Counted from the first letter of the stretch, positions 34,601 through 48,795 are shown. The stretch: DNA of 64,000 bases from Isurus oxyrinchus (GCA_026770705.1 JANJGN010000001.1:38378001-38442000), one strand, 5' to 3'. Numbers and translations: made by a program. Notes: a model not told the origin generated them from the sequence alone.

Positions 34601-36734
34601 CTCTTTCCATAATGACTCCCAACATTGACATTTTAAAAAATGTTTGTATATGCAATTAATATTTAATGTGCTCCCATAAGCAAGGTGCTCCTGATAGCTC
34701 CACAACACTAATGTGCACCACTCCCAGCCCATTCTCAGCCCTCCAGCATCTCACTCCTTCATGTATTGAAGCTTGTGATGTAAAATCAGGGGTGGTATTT
34801 AGCGCTCATGACAGGAGTTTTGCCCGCCGTCTGGGGAGCTGGCAAGAGCCCCGTGTCACCTCCTTTGGGCACTTAAGTGGCCAGTGGCAGGTCTTCCCCA
34901 GGATCAAGGACTTAAAGGTCTCAATTAGCAGTGGAGCAGGAATGCCGTTCATGAGTCTTCTCACCCACGCACATAATTGGAAAAAGGCAGGAAGGCGGCG
35001 GAGTCTGCCCTGTCTGATTAAATGCCCTCACCTCTAAACTCAGCTTGGGGGTGGGCATTAAATCCCATCCACATTGTACAATTCCCCCCCAACACAGTGC
35101 ATTTACTCCATCTCCATCTCCTTGTTCTCCATTCACCCACCCAATGGTAATTATAATATCTTTGCAGGACAAAAGATATTGCATGCCACATGGAAGTCAA
35201 GTACCCAACTAAAACTAGTTTAACCCGGTTTTGGTTTATATACAAATGGCCACGAGAGAATGCTATAATCTTTCAGCATTTACCTAGAGTAAAGTTCTGA
35301 GCCTCCACTCATCCCACCATTGGCAGTTCCTCCCTCAGAGTCGCTCCTATACAACATGTCACTGCTGCTGTTTCTGGCTCTGCAGGAAATGCTAGGCCCC
35401 ATGCCACCCCACTGCACATCCTGAGCTCTCTTTCCCCTCTGTCCAACAAGCCAAAATCAACCTGACATTGAGTCCCAAGTTTTCTGCCCCAAGTCTCCAA
35501 CTCCGATCCCCCTCCTCGTAGCCTCTGCCACCTCTCTCTGACCCCACCAGTTCTCAAATACTCTCAGCCCTGATCTCCTGACTGTGTTTTGATTGTCAAT
35601 GGGTTCCGGTGGGAAGTGGGGAAGTTTTTGATGGTATCCATTTGAAATTCATGCTTGGTGGCACTGCTGATTCAGGACAGTGGGAGAAATGAACAGTGTG
35701 GAACATTCATTGACAGGATCCCATTTAATCATTTCTTCTAAAATGTGCCAGTGGTTATCTCTCATGAATGCACTGAATTGGGACACCAAGGACATTCAAT
35801 TAATGAAACCAATACTTTAAACAGAAAACGATAGTCCCTCAATGTCCTGATACAGATATGGATATAGGTTTAATTATTATTTTTTTATTTCATTCCCTCC
35901 CTGACTGACTCCCAGTGGTGACTATGCAGAATGGTGCTCCTGTGCAAAATTTAACAGTTCTGTTCCCCTGGGCAGCACCCCTGTTATTTGAAAAGGCTGC
36001 ACTTCATTTCAGTCCCGTGCTTCTGATTTTCAGCAACCTGGTGCAGGGGGAGGGGCCTCCTCAGGGTCTGCTACCAGGCCTAACCAGGTAGCCATCCAGA
36101 AATCCAGATTTGAAGGAGCCAATGGAGGAGTTTGGTCTGACTGCCTGCCTTTCTGCAATGGCTATTCCTACACCAGGATAGTTCTGGAGAAGGAGCAGGC
36201 AGTGTCCGCCAGTCCACTTGAGGTCTTCTGCAGGCATCAGAGGGGCTGGAGTGTTCAGATGACACAGATGATAGAGTACGTATTTAATTTAACAAGTGTT
36301 CTTTAGTTTTTAATGATTTAATTTTCTATTGGATGTACTTATTTAAAAAAGGTAACTTTGCAGATTATTGTCTAATTTGTTTGAAGACACTGGGGCAGCC
36401 CTATGTCATCCCAATGTGTAATCAAAAGAGTGGAAGCAATGCCCAGGAGACTTGACATAATTCACCTCAGCCAGATCAAACTATTCTGCGGGCTTTACAT
36501 TTGACATCCCTGGGCTATAACATGAAGAGGTCATTTTTCATCTTTCATACTCCCAGTGCAGAGCTTTCTACTGGGAGTGCACATCAGGAGCCCTGGTGTA
36601 TGTTGAAATGTGTGATGCACACTCTCAAATCTTTGTGGATAAAGACTTACTTCAACAAAGCTGATTCTGTGCCCTGTGCTCCCACCTAGTGAGGTTCCAT
36701 GGTCAGTCTATCATCTTGCACAATTATCCCTGTA

Positions 36735-39700
36735 AGCAGAATCATCCCAGATTTGCACAAAGTGCAGTAGCGGCCGAGAAAAAGGATGTTTTACCCACTG
36801 GCTGCAATGGCGGATTTTCATGCTGTGTCGTCCCATTCCCAGTGCCTCATTCATAATGCATTCATGGGAAACACGCCGGATCGCTGGCAGGCAGGCTCGG
36901 GTTTCCACACCCCACCATAACCTCAGCACTTCCTTGCTCCTAGAGTCATATTTAAAGTGTACCAGAGCACAGACTACTCTACAGATCAGGACTATTCCAG
37001 GCAACATATGACCCCAAAAGCAAAGAAGACGGCAGCCCCCAAATTTAGTGACGCTTCACATCAGCAGGGAGAGGTCCCAGACTGGGGATGGAGTGGTCCA
37101 CATTAGGACCCTCACTCACTTTGAGGAGTGTGTCATCGCACTGACTGATGAGGATGTGGACTGTACCTGCTGGATGCAGTGGAAGGCTGCCGCAATGTCC
37201 TTTATCCCCACTCTGGCTGCAGAAGGTTCTCCAGAGTCACCAATCCAGCCTGGGAGGCAGTGGCAGTGGTGGTCAGTGCCACTGAAGCACAGAGGAGGTT
37301 AAGTCATCCGGTGCAGGAAAAAGATGAATGGTCTCATCTGTTCTGCCAGGGTAAGTCAACCACCTCATCACTCGCAACTCACATACTCACTAACCAATCA
37401 CATCCACAGAGATCTCACACGTCAAGGGAAAACACCACTAATTCTCACACACACCCTCACATCTCCATCAGGCTCATACCCTCTCAAGCTCGCGTCCTCA
37501 TCCCATCCATGGCTCTGCTCACCACACAAACATTCCACACAATGCCATGTGTCCTGCTCACACTCTCTCCATCTGTTTTTATGCAGGAGAAGCATGCTCA
37601 CATCAGCAGGGAGAGGTCCCAGACTGGGGATGGAGTGACCCACATTAGGACCCTTACTCACTTTGAGGAGTGTGTCATCGCGCTGACTGATGAAGATGTG
37701 GACTGTACCTGCGGTGACGTTGAGGTTGGTGGCGAACACTTATGTAAGGACCCTGCAGCATATCATCCCTCTCTCATTGCAACTGTGAGTGCTCTCTCTC
37801 CTGTTTTTGACTCTGCTGCCATGCACTAATTCTCTCTACTTTGGTTCACAGGGAGCTCTGCCAAGCGACTGACGCCCTCACCAGCCAGTCCCCCAGCTCC
37901 ATCCACATCCTCACCTCCAGCCAAGAAGACATCTCCTCCATTGAAGAACTGGCACAGTGCTTTACCCACACCCTCCACCAGCACAGAGACGCACATCTCA
38001 GTGGGACCCAAATGTAAACCAGGCTCAGGTTCACATTCTGGTGGTCACCGCATGGACATGTGTCCGCAGCAGGAGGAAGCAGGTTCAGCCGAGCTCCCTA
38101 GCACTCCAAGGGCTGCTCGGAAAGAGTCAACTGTGATATCTGAGTCAGATGACGAGCTTCTGGATTTGGCCTTCCAACTCATCCTGAAGAGTCATCAGAA
38201 GGCGGGGGAACATCACGCAGAGCTGGTGGAGGCCCTCAACAGAGTGGCACGTGAATCGGAGGACTGCGTCTGCCTGCTCTCTGATGAAGTGGTGCCCACA
38301 TGTGCACAAATGGAGGTCTTCATTGGGAGGATGGTGGACGCCATGGAGACCTTGGTCCACCAGAATGCGTAGATGTGCACAGGCTCCATTGCGGTAGCCA
38401 CTGGTGAGTTCTAACAGTGAGTTCTAACAGTGGCAACGCAGGTGGGAAAAGGGGCACCTTGACGTCCCTCCGGTGCTCCTTCTTCGCAAGGAGCCAGGCC
38501 GAGGCCCTCAGGCACCCGGAGGGAGGACACCCCTGGGTCATCCACTCAGGAATCTCAGAGGCTGTCCTCTTTGTCTGTGACTCACTCAACCTTGTTCTCT
38601 CTCACTGCAGAGGGAGTAACTGGCCCACAAGAGGACAGTCAAAGCAAGCCAGGGCCTTCAAGACCACAGCTCTCCAGAGGATCCACATTAAAATCATCAG
38701 AGGCAGCAGGGCCAACCATTCCACAGGTTGTCTCCATCCCTGCTGCAGATATCAGGGCAGCACCGAGAAGAAATGGTAGGCCTAGAAAAATTAAGAAATT
38801 TTGATAACAAGTGGTTGCATGGGTGAACATAGTTTGTCATTTTATAATCTGCAAATATGTTTGCTTTCACTGCATAATGTGTAATGGTGATTTTCAGCTT
38901 CATTTACAGGATTCATGGGCCCTCCTACTGCACCCTCCCTACTAACAGTTCAGCTGCACGTAGCCAGACCACAAGTGATTCTGGAGGGAGAAGTGTGTGT
39001 ATGGCAGGGCCTTTCGGAGCCTCATGCAAACACTCTCCCACACACACACAGCCTTCATCCATTACATTCATCTCAATGTCCTGAGTATTTTGAATGCTGC
39101 CTGCTGGGGTTCTCTTTCAATTGTCCATCTGAACTGACCTGCATCTCCGCGCACCCACTGATCACACTCCCATGCAGCACCTGTGCCCATCCAACATGAG
39201 GCTCCGCTCACTTTCGATTTTGACAGTCATGATAGCTGTTAAGTTTCTGATCAGTTCCCCACCGGTCCTTTTCCCTCCCAGGCATCTCCCCACCGTCATC
39301 TACCAACCCAAACTCTTTTCGTTCCAGGAAGTCCAGCTGGATGTGCACATTCCCTATCTTCCTGTGAATCCCACCCCTATCCACATTGGCCTCCCAAACC
39401 TTCTCCTTCCCACCCCCAGGGCCCGTGTCTGCCTCCGAGTACCCGCCAACCACTCTAGCTGTCCTTTCTGCTACTGTCGCACCCTCACCCTCCTACCCTT
39501 CCGCTCACTCTGCTGCCTCTCAGACTCACTATTCTCTCCTATCATGCCCACCCTCAATTCGCTCTCAAGAAGGAAGTCATTGACTCCACAGAACCCTCCC
39601 TTGCACGGTCACCTGGACATCTCCTCCACCCCTACTCCCTCCTCCCCCCCAGCCACCTTCCTCTCCCCAGATTCCTTCCCCCTCCAAACTCCTTCCCCCT

Positions 39701-40488
39701 CCAAACTCCTTCCTTTACACCTTCCTTCCCACATTACATCTTCCTCCCATTTGCCACACTCTCCCCATTACATCCCCCATCCATACTCCCACCTCCCCCC
39801 TCCCAACCCTCACCCCCCCAACACCTTCGTTCACCACTGCAACCTCACCACACCCCCCAGTGCACCTTCCTCTCCAATCAAACCTAGACCCTCCTCTCCC
39901 ACACAACCCCCCCATACACCTTCTTCTCCAACACACAGCTAGATCATCCTCTCCCCACCATCCCTGCCACCGACGATCCGTAGCAGCCCATGGCCAAGAC
40001 CATGTTGTTCCAAAGCAGACCCGAGACATCAACAGAAACCTCCCACCTTCCATGAGTTGCTTCGTGGCGGATCCATACCCATGGGAATCCACCTAGCATG
40101 TGATGCATGAGTTCTTCCTAGGGTCCAGTAGCTATAGGGCTCTAGCATCTTCTGTTCCTTGGATGTCTGCGATCTGAACAAGCCCTAAAAGTAAGTCCCG
40201 ACTTCTGCACGTCACGCTTGTCCAGCCTGCTTTCCCGCCAGTAACGGTAAATCTAGTGTCAGGGGAAGATTCCGGTCGGGTCTTTAGCCCGACACAGTTA
40301 CTTTGCACCATTAGCAGGTTGCAAAGCAGGTTCATGCTGGTCTCCAGTGGGATTGGCATTCCACCATAGCGGACACCATTGGATGATCCCGTTGTGCTTT
40401 CACAATGGTGCGAAGTCAATTTTTGGCCTTCTCACCATATTGTGCCCACCATGACGCCCAACGCCAACCGGGCCAGAAAATTCTGGCC
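36735..40488 (+). mobile_element. Harbinger element (Myb gene side), or a composite of Harbinger pieces
   Basis: The 5' end GAATCATCCCAGATTTGCAC is shared with 63696. It contains the Myb gene. Right terminus is AGAAAATTCTGGCC at 40488. Confidence 0.6.
37008..38805 (+). pseudogene. Harbinger Myb/SANT-like protein gene, 3 exons, disrupted
   Basis: MTPKAKKTAAPKFSDAS...LDAVE..RNVLYP...AWEAVAVVVSA...CRKKMNGL. Introns GT 37351-AG 37586 and GT 37744-AG 37851. Ends APRRNGRPRKIKKF. Confidence 0.8.
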
Positions 40489-43400
40489 TATGTGTTTTTG
40501 TTGTGAAGGGTTTGGTGTATTTTTCTGGCAACTTTTAATAGAAATTCTTAAAACAGTGTTGAAATAGCTCGAGTGAAACGGGCCCTCTAGTTCTCCAGTC
40601 ACCTTATTTTTCTTTAAACATGCCTGTGGTTTAAATATTTGTTTTCAACCCAACCTTAAACTACATTACAAACATGAAGATCTCATACCCAGCCTAATGG
40701 TTGACGTCTTCAGGTGCGTCATTGCCACAAGGTTTAGCAAGTAATATTTTTCACATTAATTGAGGTGGTGCTATGAATCTTCACTGAGTAATGATTTAGC
40801 AACCAGTTAGAAGTGCCATTCATGTACCTAAAGTCAGAACTGAAATAATGAGTAACTGTGTCAGACTTAGCACGCTCGTAAACTGAGGTCAGACAAAGCT
40901 ATCAGATTTTATCTTCAAATTTACATTGACCATATTAAGAGCTCAACAAACATTTGCACTTTTTGGAGTTGCAATAGTTAAGGATTGGTTGACAGGAGTT
41001 ACAATATGGAACTATAATTTTGTGCCCTATGATGAGTGAGTTCCTGAGAGCGGATAGGCGCGGACATGGGTAGGAAAGTCATCAATCCAAGACAGATCCG
41101 CAGGCTTCTTGCAATTGGTTTCAGAGTAGCCTCGGCAAAGTTAGTGCAGAGGTTTATCCGTCTCTGTCCTAGCTAATTCAGGTGCGTGGGATCAGGAGAA
41201 TTAAATGAGGCAAAGATAAATACATATATCTAAAGACTGCTATCCGTTTTCTGAATATGAGTCATTTGCATTTTAATGTTAAAGTTTGTAGAAATGGAAT
41301 TGTGTTTCACCTGCCAATTGGTGGATGTTTGTACTAGATTCAATGGGATGAATATCAGGTAGGTTGTACAATGCCTGGGTGACGCCAAACTACCAGCCTG
41401 GCAGTGAAGGTAAAAATGACCCCCAATGTCTGGTGGAGAGGAAGGGGGAAGAGAAAAGCCAGTAGAGAAAAAATAGTGGGAAAACTAAAACAATGATTCA
41501 AAATTATGATTTATAAAATACCTATGATGATTGACAGACTTATTTTGGACATTACCCAGAAAATCCAGGGATCGGAAGTGAAAGCAAAACTGCAAAAATG
41601 TTTCATCAGTTTAACCAGATTAGTGGTTTTATTAAAATAGAAGAGCATTTATGAAATGTAAAATCTAACCCTAATCATCATTCATAGAATTCTTTTTTAA
41701 AAACACACCTTCCTGCAGCCTTTGTGTTACTTCAAAGCAAAGAGCAATACATACCACAAATTATAGTGTGAGTCCATATTTTAAAGATGTTGCATCATCC
41801 AATGTTACAACGTAACATATCACACTGGAAATTTAATATTCTTGTTGTAATTGCTGTCCTTCAATTTCTGTTGAGCCATACTGTACCAGTAACTAGCTAC
41901 AGAAATTCCTCAATCAGTTGAAATATAACTTGTATCTGGCGTCAGAAAGTAGTTCTGTTTTCTGTGATTTTCATGTATTTCGGTCATTTATAATTTAGGG
42001 AGAAGCAGGGAGATTCCACACCTGAATGAGTCATGTTGGTGCAAGAAGAGTTTTTTGCCCTTCCCGTGACTGTGATCAGCTGTTGTTATTCCAAATAGCT
42101 TAGTTATTATAGCAGATTGCCTTAAGGGGAATTCCACTTTCTGGAAGTTGATGCTATTTTTAGTGATAGTTCTTCAAAAAGCGTAAGACTTAGAATTTTC
42201 TCAAAATTACGTTTAACAAATTTGCAACCACTGAAGATGGTTACACGCAAGCTTTTCCCCATCTGCTCATTTGCAGTGCCACTGCTGTAAAATGGACATG
42301 AGCAGGTGACCTACCTGGAAAATTTTATGAAGCCTGACCTTTTCACTCATAAAACACTTCACTGCAGAATTACCAGAATTTTTATTGCTCTTATGCAGAT
42401 ATAATCAGACAAGCATTATCTAGATCCAGATGACAGCAGTGCATGGCACTGAGCCATAGAGGAAGGTGAACTCATTCAGATCTCCAAGTCTTAATTCCTG
42501 GAAGGTGAGTGGGGTTGGGGTATCGAAGGAACAACAGACTCCTCAATGTGGTTGTCATTCAAACTACCTGGACTGAGGTGGCACTGGCACTAACTGCCAG
42601 CACACTAATTTCTAAGACTGCGGAACAATGTCACAAGTTCCACATCCTCAGCAAGGCAGGCAAGCTAATACACTGTATACCTTTCACTTCTCTTTGTCCA
42701 CCATAGACACCAACACACACATCATTTTCGTAAAGTAACACATTCATAAGCAACCTATCATAGTACTGTCTCATTAAGGAAGTCTCCAACTTGTCATGCT
42801 GCACTTTACCCAATCTCCACATGGCAACTGCTTACATGTACAACCTTAAAACCCCTCCTCCACTTTAAATACCTTTTATCCCCATAATTCTTATTTCAGT
42901 TCTTCCATGCCACTTGGCCCATTCTCCAACTGCTATCCTTATCCACATTCATTCGATCTTCTTGCAGAAAAAACTGGTGCACAGTTACTACCCGGTCACT
43001 GGATGGGATCTCCAGCCTTACTTATCTCAGCTCTTTGAGGAGGCAACCATTGAGCTTGTGAGGAGGCACACAGCTGTTAACCAGTGCTGACACCAAGGCT
43101 GGCAACATTTTGGTGGTGGCAGAATACTGCCTGATCATGTACACTGTCACCCTTCCATCTTTGTGAAGCACCAAATAGATGCAACCTTTCACCCCTTTCC
43201 TGCCTCCTTTATCCCAAGGGGTGATGCTCATTCATTCATGGTTTCTATCCTGATTTTCTGCAGATTCACCATAGCTACAAGAACAGAAAAATAATGATAA
43301 TGGGGAAAAGAATGATGATGACCAAGACACTCATTGGTTGCAAACTCAGGGCGAATGTACATCAGGTTTCCAGCCATTCTCCTTATAGGTTAAACCAATG

Positions 43401-43941
43401 AAAAATGGGAGGTGACACTCAGCTACCACGAGTCAAGGGTTTTCTCAGTCCCATGAGCCTCCTGTAGATCATGAGCAGCTAAGTACTTTGTGCAATCCTG
43501 GCTCTCAGGTGACACCTGGAAGAAGCAAAAGCATAGACTAAAAGAAGACATGTCTAGGCACCCGAGTGTTAGGAAAGCGTAAAGTGATGGTGCGCACTTA
43601 GAAATTTACTGTCATAAATAAATAACTGACAAAAGCACTGGCCTCGACTTTTGTTATTGATGGAGATTGGAGTCAGATAAAAAATGAAACATTAGTGTGG
43701 TACTAATGTCCTTGCCAAGGTGTTGGTGATTGTCACACTTGTGTAGGGGCCAAAAGGGCTGACATATTATCATGTGGTAGGACAGATAGTGGGTTGAGGG
43801 TATGTTCCTATATTTGAAAGTGGGCAGAAGGAAGTTGATGTGCTTCCACAAAAGAGAAGACTTCAGTGATGAGATGTGCTATGATGCCTCTTGCAACAAA
43901 TACTACCTGAGTATGCTTTCCTGTGGTGCTTATTCCCACCA

Positions 43942-44922
43942 TAGAATCATAGAATGGTTACAGCACAGAGGGAGGTCATTTGACCTGCCTTGTCCATGCT
44001 GGTCCTCGCAGGAGCAATTCAACTAGTGCCATTCTCCCACCTTTTACCCATAGCCTGGCACAATTTTTCTTTTCAGATAATGATCCAATTCCCTTTTGAA
44101 TGCTTTAATTGAACATACCTCCACCACATTATCAGGCAGTGCATTCCAGATCCTAACCACTCACTGCATAAAAAAGCTTTTCCTCATGTTGCCATTGCTT
44201 CTCTTGCCAATTACTCTAAATCTGTGCCCTCTCATTCTCAGTCCTTTCATCATTGGGAACAGTTTTCCCCTATCTACTCTGTCCAGACCCTTCATGATTT
44301 TGAATACCTCTATCAAATCTCCTCTCAATTCTTCTCCAAGGAGAACAGTCCCAACTTCTCCAAGTTATCTACGTACCTGAAGTCCCTCATTCCTGGAGCA
44401 ATTCTTGTGAATCTTTTCTGCACTTTCTGTAATGCCTTTATAACCTTCCTAAAGTATAGTGCCCAGAACCAGATGCAATGCTCCGGTTGAGATCAAACCA
44501 ATGTTTTATACATGTTTAACGGGGCTTCCTTGCATTTGTACTCTAAGCCTCTATTAATAAAGCCTAGGATGCTGTGTGCTCTAATAACCGTTCTCTCAAC
44601 CTGCCCTTCCACCTTCAATGATTTATGCTGATACACACAGGTCCCCCTGCTCCTGCCCTTTTGGAATTGCACCCTTTATTTTGTATTGTCTCTCTGCAGT
44701 TTTCCTACCGAAATGAATCACTTCACACTTCTCTACATTAAATTTCACCTGCCACGTGTGTGCCCATTCCATCAATTTGCCTATGTCCTTTTGCAGTCCC
44801 ACACTATCCTCCTCATAGTTAACAATACTTCCAAGTTTCACCAAGGTTTGGGCCCTTAATGTATATCAGGAAGAATAGGGGCCCTAACACAACTCCAAGG
44901 GAACTCCACTACAAGCCTCCCC
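43942..44922 (-). mobile_element. CR1 LINE 3' fragment
   Basis: (CATAGAAT)2 tail at 43942; KLGSIVNYEEDSVGLQKDIGKLMEWAHTWQVKFNVEKCEVIHFG. Confidence 0.9.
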
Positions 44923-44925
44923 ACA

Positions 44926-45500
44926 GGTGTTCAGGAGAATTTTCTACAGCATTATGTTTCCAGTCCAAAGACAAAGGAAGCATTGCTGGACCTTGTCCTA
45001 GGGAATGAGTGGGCCAAGTGGATCTAATGTCAGTGTGGGTTTCATTTAGGGAATAGTGATCATTGTATCATAAGGTTTATGTTGGCTATAGAAAATGACA
45101 AGGAACAATCCAGAGTAAGGATAGTTAACTGGGAGAAAGTCAACTCCATTGGGGCAAGAATGGATCTGGCTCAGATAAATTGAAATTAAAGGTTATCAGG
45201 CAAAACTGTAACTGATCAATTGACTGCCTTTAGAGAAGAGGTAGTTTGGGTAAGTCAGGACATAAATCCATGAAGGGGAAAGGTTGGGCAAACAAATCCA
45301 GAGCTCTAAGGATGATGAAAAAATTAGAGATTAAGATGAAGCAGCAAAGTGTGCTTATGACAGATGTCAGTTGACATACAAATGAGAACAAGGCTGAATA
45401 TTGAAGATTCCCAGGGCAATTGATAGAGTAAATAAGAGAAGCAAAGAGAGAGTATGAGAAGAGACTGGCATAAATGGGCATCCAAAAGTCTTCCATAGGC
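44926..45500 (+). mobile_element. CR1 endonuclease C-terminus/linker fragment, inverted relative to the adjacent piece
   Basis: VQENFLQHYVSSP...EALLDLVLGNE...HLGNSDH. Confidence 0.8.
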
Positions 45501-46130
45501 TGTTACTAACAGGAGAGGGGTTAATTTAAACCTCACCAATTACCCCTCTCACTACACATACATAAACAGAAAAGTGTTCTAATTTTCTTCACTCCTTTAA
45601 AAGTGGTGATGTATTTCCCAACCCCTCAGTTTTGGTGTGATCCAATTTCTATTAATAACCCCACGGCAAACTTGTGATAGGATGAACTCAAAGGGTTAGT
45701 TTATTTACACACACTCTAAACAGGGGAGCGGGCTTGCAACATATCCCCCTTGCATTCGTACAATAAAAGTAGGATAGAGAAAAGAAATGTTTACAGTACA
45801 GAGACCACAGAGAAAAGAATTATTGTTTCACATGGGTCTAAAGTCCAGAAGCAAAGTTCAATGAGGTCTTCCTTCACAGAGATTGGCAGGTTGAAAACTG
45901 ATTCACTTTTCTATTAGAGTTGACTTCCACAATTGGGTAGGCAAGGGGAGATGAATCAGTCTTTGAGGTGATGGTACAGAAGTTCCAGCGGAAGCAGTGT
46001 AGATGGGGCCAAGTATTTGTCTTGGGCAGAGCTCCTTTTCTGTGTTGCTGCTAGTTGGATGTTAAAATGTCAGACTGAGGTTATGCAGTGCAGCAAAGCA
46101 ATATTACTGATTACACAAGCTACAGGTAAA
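45501..46130 (-). mobile_element. Possible LTR fragment
   Basis: Begins TGTTAC exactly where the CR1 homology stops, with an antisense AATAAA at ~45702. The other end was not identified. Confidence 0.35.
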
Positions 46131-46191
46131 TGTCACATGACTCCCACCTCTTCACAGTGTCTTTGACGAAGAGTGTCTCTGAGATGGCTAA

Positions 46192-47390
46192 ATGTTCCAA
46201 CCAATAAGACTTGAAAGTGAGGTTGTGGAGTCCTCAGACTCCGGTTGGTCAATGTGTCCCTATGCAGCTTCCAGGGTAGGGACCTGTGGGAGAAGAGGTG
46301 CAGGCACAAGGGACAAAGGGCCAGCAGGAAGTCCAAGGCAGAAGGGGCCACAGCACTATCCTGCTGCCAGTGTTTACAAGTGGCGATGCAGCTACCTCAA
46401 TATATCTGTGTTGCAATGCCGAAGGAGGCTCCAGCTCTCAAGGGAGACCATGACCTCCATTTGCCAGATGATTGGGCCTGAGATCAGCTCTGACTGTGTG
46501 GGTGGATACCCCATGCCAGTGGCTCTGAAGGTCACAGTGGCCCTCAACTTCTATACCTCTAGTTCATTCCAGGGCTCAGTGGGGGACCTTTCTGGAGTCT
46601 CTCAATCAGCTGTCCACAGTTGTGTCAAGCTGGTGACAGAAGTTATTTTCAGGTGGATACTGACCTTTATTCTTTACCCTATGGACAAGGCCACCCAGAC
46701 AGAGCGAGCCAGAGGCTTCAAGGCGATTGCTTGCTTCCCCCGCATCCAACATGCAATAGACTGCACACATATGGCCACCAAGGGGACAGCAGGTCAGCCG
46801 GGTGCCTTCGTCAACAGGAAGGGATTCCATTCCATGAACGTGCAGATAGTGTGTGACCATAGGACGCAGATTCTGCAAGTCTGTGCAAGGTACCCAGACT
46901 GCTCCCATGATGCTTACACCCTGAGACACTCCCAGGTGCTGAGGCTATTCAATGCTGGAAGGATGGCTGCTGGGTGACAAGAGCTATCCATTGAAGAGAT
47001 GGCTCATGATGCCTCTCCGCCACCCAAGAACAGAGGCAGAGAAGCATTACAATACAAATCATGCCTCCACAGGAAAAATGGTAGAGAGGACCATAGGTCT
47101 TCTCAAGATGCGCTTCCTATGCCTGGAGCATTCAGGGGGAGCCCCCCAGAGCAAGTGTCACTAGTAGTGGCTACATGCTGCGTTCTCCACAATCTGGCAA
47201 CGGCAAGGGGGGACCCACTGGAGGAAGAGGATCTTGACGCAGCTGCACAGGCCACAGATAATGAATCCAGTAGTGAGTCTGAAGAGGAGCACAGTGAGGG
47301 AACAACGAGGGCGTGAAGGCAGACCCCTGTAACCTCCAGGGAGGCAGAGACACCAGGGACACCTTGATCCAATGCTCTTTCAGCTAAACT
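46192..47390 (+). pseudogene. PIF/Harbinger (HARBI1-like) DDE transposase, frameshifted near 46950 and 47150
   Basis: VALKVTVALNFYTSSSFQ; AIDCTHM; FVNRKGFHSMNVQIVCD; YPDCSHDAYTL; [10 protein letters not shown]; [12 protein letters not shown]. Confidence 0.92.
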
Positions 47391-47494
47391 GCCAAAAATC
47401 AGCTTCACCCGCATGCCAGGGCTGCTGCCTCCATCCTGGATGTCTGAAAGGACTTTTTCTTTTGAACACAAAGAACAACCATTGCTGCCTTGGA

Positions 47495-47542
47495 ACTCAC
47501 GACCCCAACATTTTGTCTTGCAACCCCATTAGGGGTTGCGAC
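47495..47542. mobile_element. hAT-like MITE terminal fragment
   Basis: GCAACCCC..GGGGTTGCGAC..CAGTTTGGGAAGCCCTG terminus. Confidence 0.5.
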
Positions 47543-47544
47543 TT

Positions 47545-48715
47545 GCAGTTTGGGAAGCCCTGGTTTAAAACCTCTCAAAAGGCACAAGCAAATTGCCCTG
47601 TAAGGAAATTGGTCCCAACTCCGTTCAGGTGCAAACCATTTAGCCTGTACAGGTCCCATCTCCCCAGAATTGATCCAATGTCACAGGAATCTAAAGCCCT
47701 CCCTCCCGAACCATCTTTCCAGCCATGCATTTATCTGCTTTATCCTCCTATTTCTATACTCACCTACATGTGTCACTGGATATAAGCCGGGGATTACTAT
47801 CTTTGAGGTCCTGCTTGCTAAATAACTACCTAGCTCCCTAAATTCTGACTGCAGGACCACTTCCTTCTTTCTATGTATGTTATTGGTGCTGATGTGGACC
47901 ACTGGATGTTTACCTCCTCCCTCAGAGTGTTCTGCAGCCGTTCTGTGACATGCTTGACCCTGGTACTATGGAGGCAACATACTATCCTGGATTCATGTGG
48001 ATGCAGAAATGCTTGCCTGTTCCTCTAACTAACAAATTGCTCTTCCATTCTTCTTCCTGCCCCCTGTACAGCTGTGCTAGCCGTGGTGCCATGGACTTGG
48101 CTCTGTCTGCTCTTCTCAAATGAACCACCTTTTCCATCAGTACTCAGAACTGAATAATAGTTGAGAATGAGTTGCACTCAGGGATTCTCCTGCATCACCT
48201 GCCTGGTCCTTCTTGACTGCCTGGTGGTCACCTATTCCCTCTGCCCCTGCAGGGTATAAATGTGCTAACCACAAAGCTCTCCACTCCACAGATGTGCCAC
48301 AATGATGCCAGTTGTTGATCAAACTCCAAAACCCAGAGCATGAGCTGCTGCAGCTAACGACACCTCCTGCACATGTGGTTATCCAGGACATAGCAGCATC
48401 TTGGAGTTCCCACGTGGAACAGGATGTGCATTCCAGGGGTTCAGAACTGCCCTGCCATTCCTTTATCTCTTAGATAATAAAACATACTGCTTAAAAAAAC
48501 TAAAGTCTCACCTGCTACTCACTTCTCTTCTGCTGATGCCAGTTAAATATAGGGAGGCTAACTGAAATGCTTTACGTACACCTTATTAGCCAAATAAAAG
48601 GATTTTTTAAATTTCCAAGTTCCTTAGACTAACTCCCTAACTTTGGAAAAAGAAAAACAAAACTATAATACTCGCCAGCCAATTAACTCACAGCTTTCCT
48701 GTGATGTTACTGTTT
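47545..48715 (-). mobile_element. CR1 5' UTR + ORF1 esterase, degenerate
   Basis: VHISTNNI.RKK..VLQSEFRELG...RIKQINAWLERW.GREGFRFL. A 5' UTR motif is shared with 1491-1523. Confidence 0.85.
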
Positions 48716-48795
48716 GATTCCCCTGCCACCTCACTTCAGTGATCCCAATCTGCTTCACAGTGATCCCAGTCTGCTTCCAGAGTGATCTGACCATG

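Noticed and set aside
39172-39942. 256-aa Pro/Ser/His-rich ORF
   Set aside because: It is produced by a C/T-rich low-complexity tract that lacks stop codons. No domain is recognisable.
46192-47390. Host HARBI1 gene
   Set aside because: It has frameshifts and multiple related copies in the window, so it is a transposon relic.
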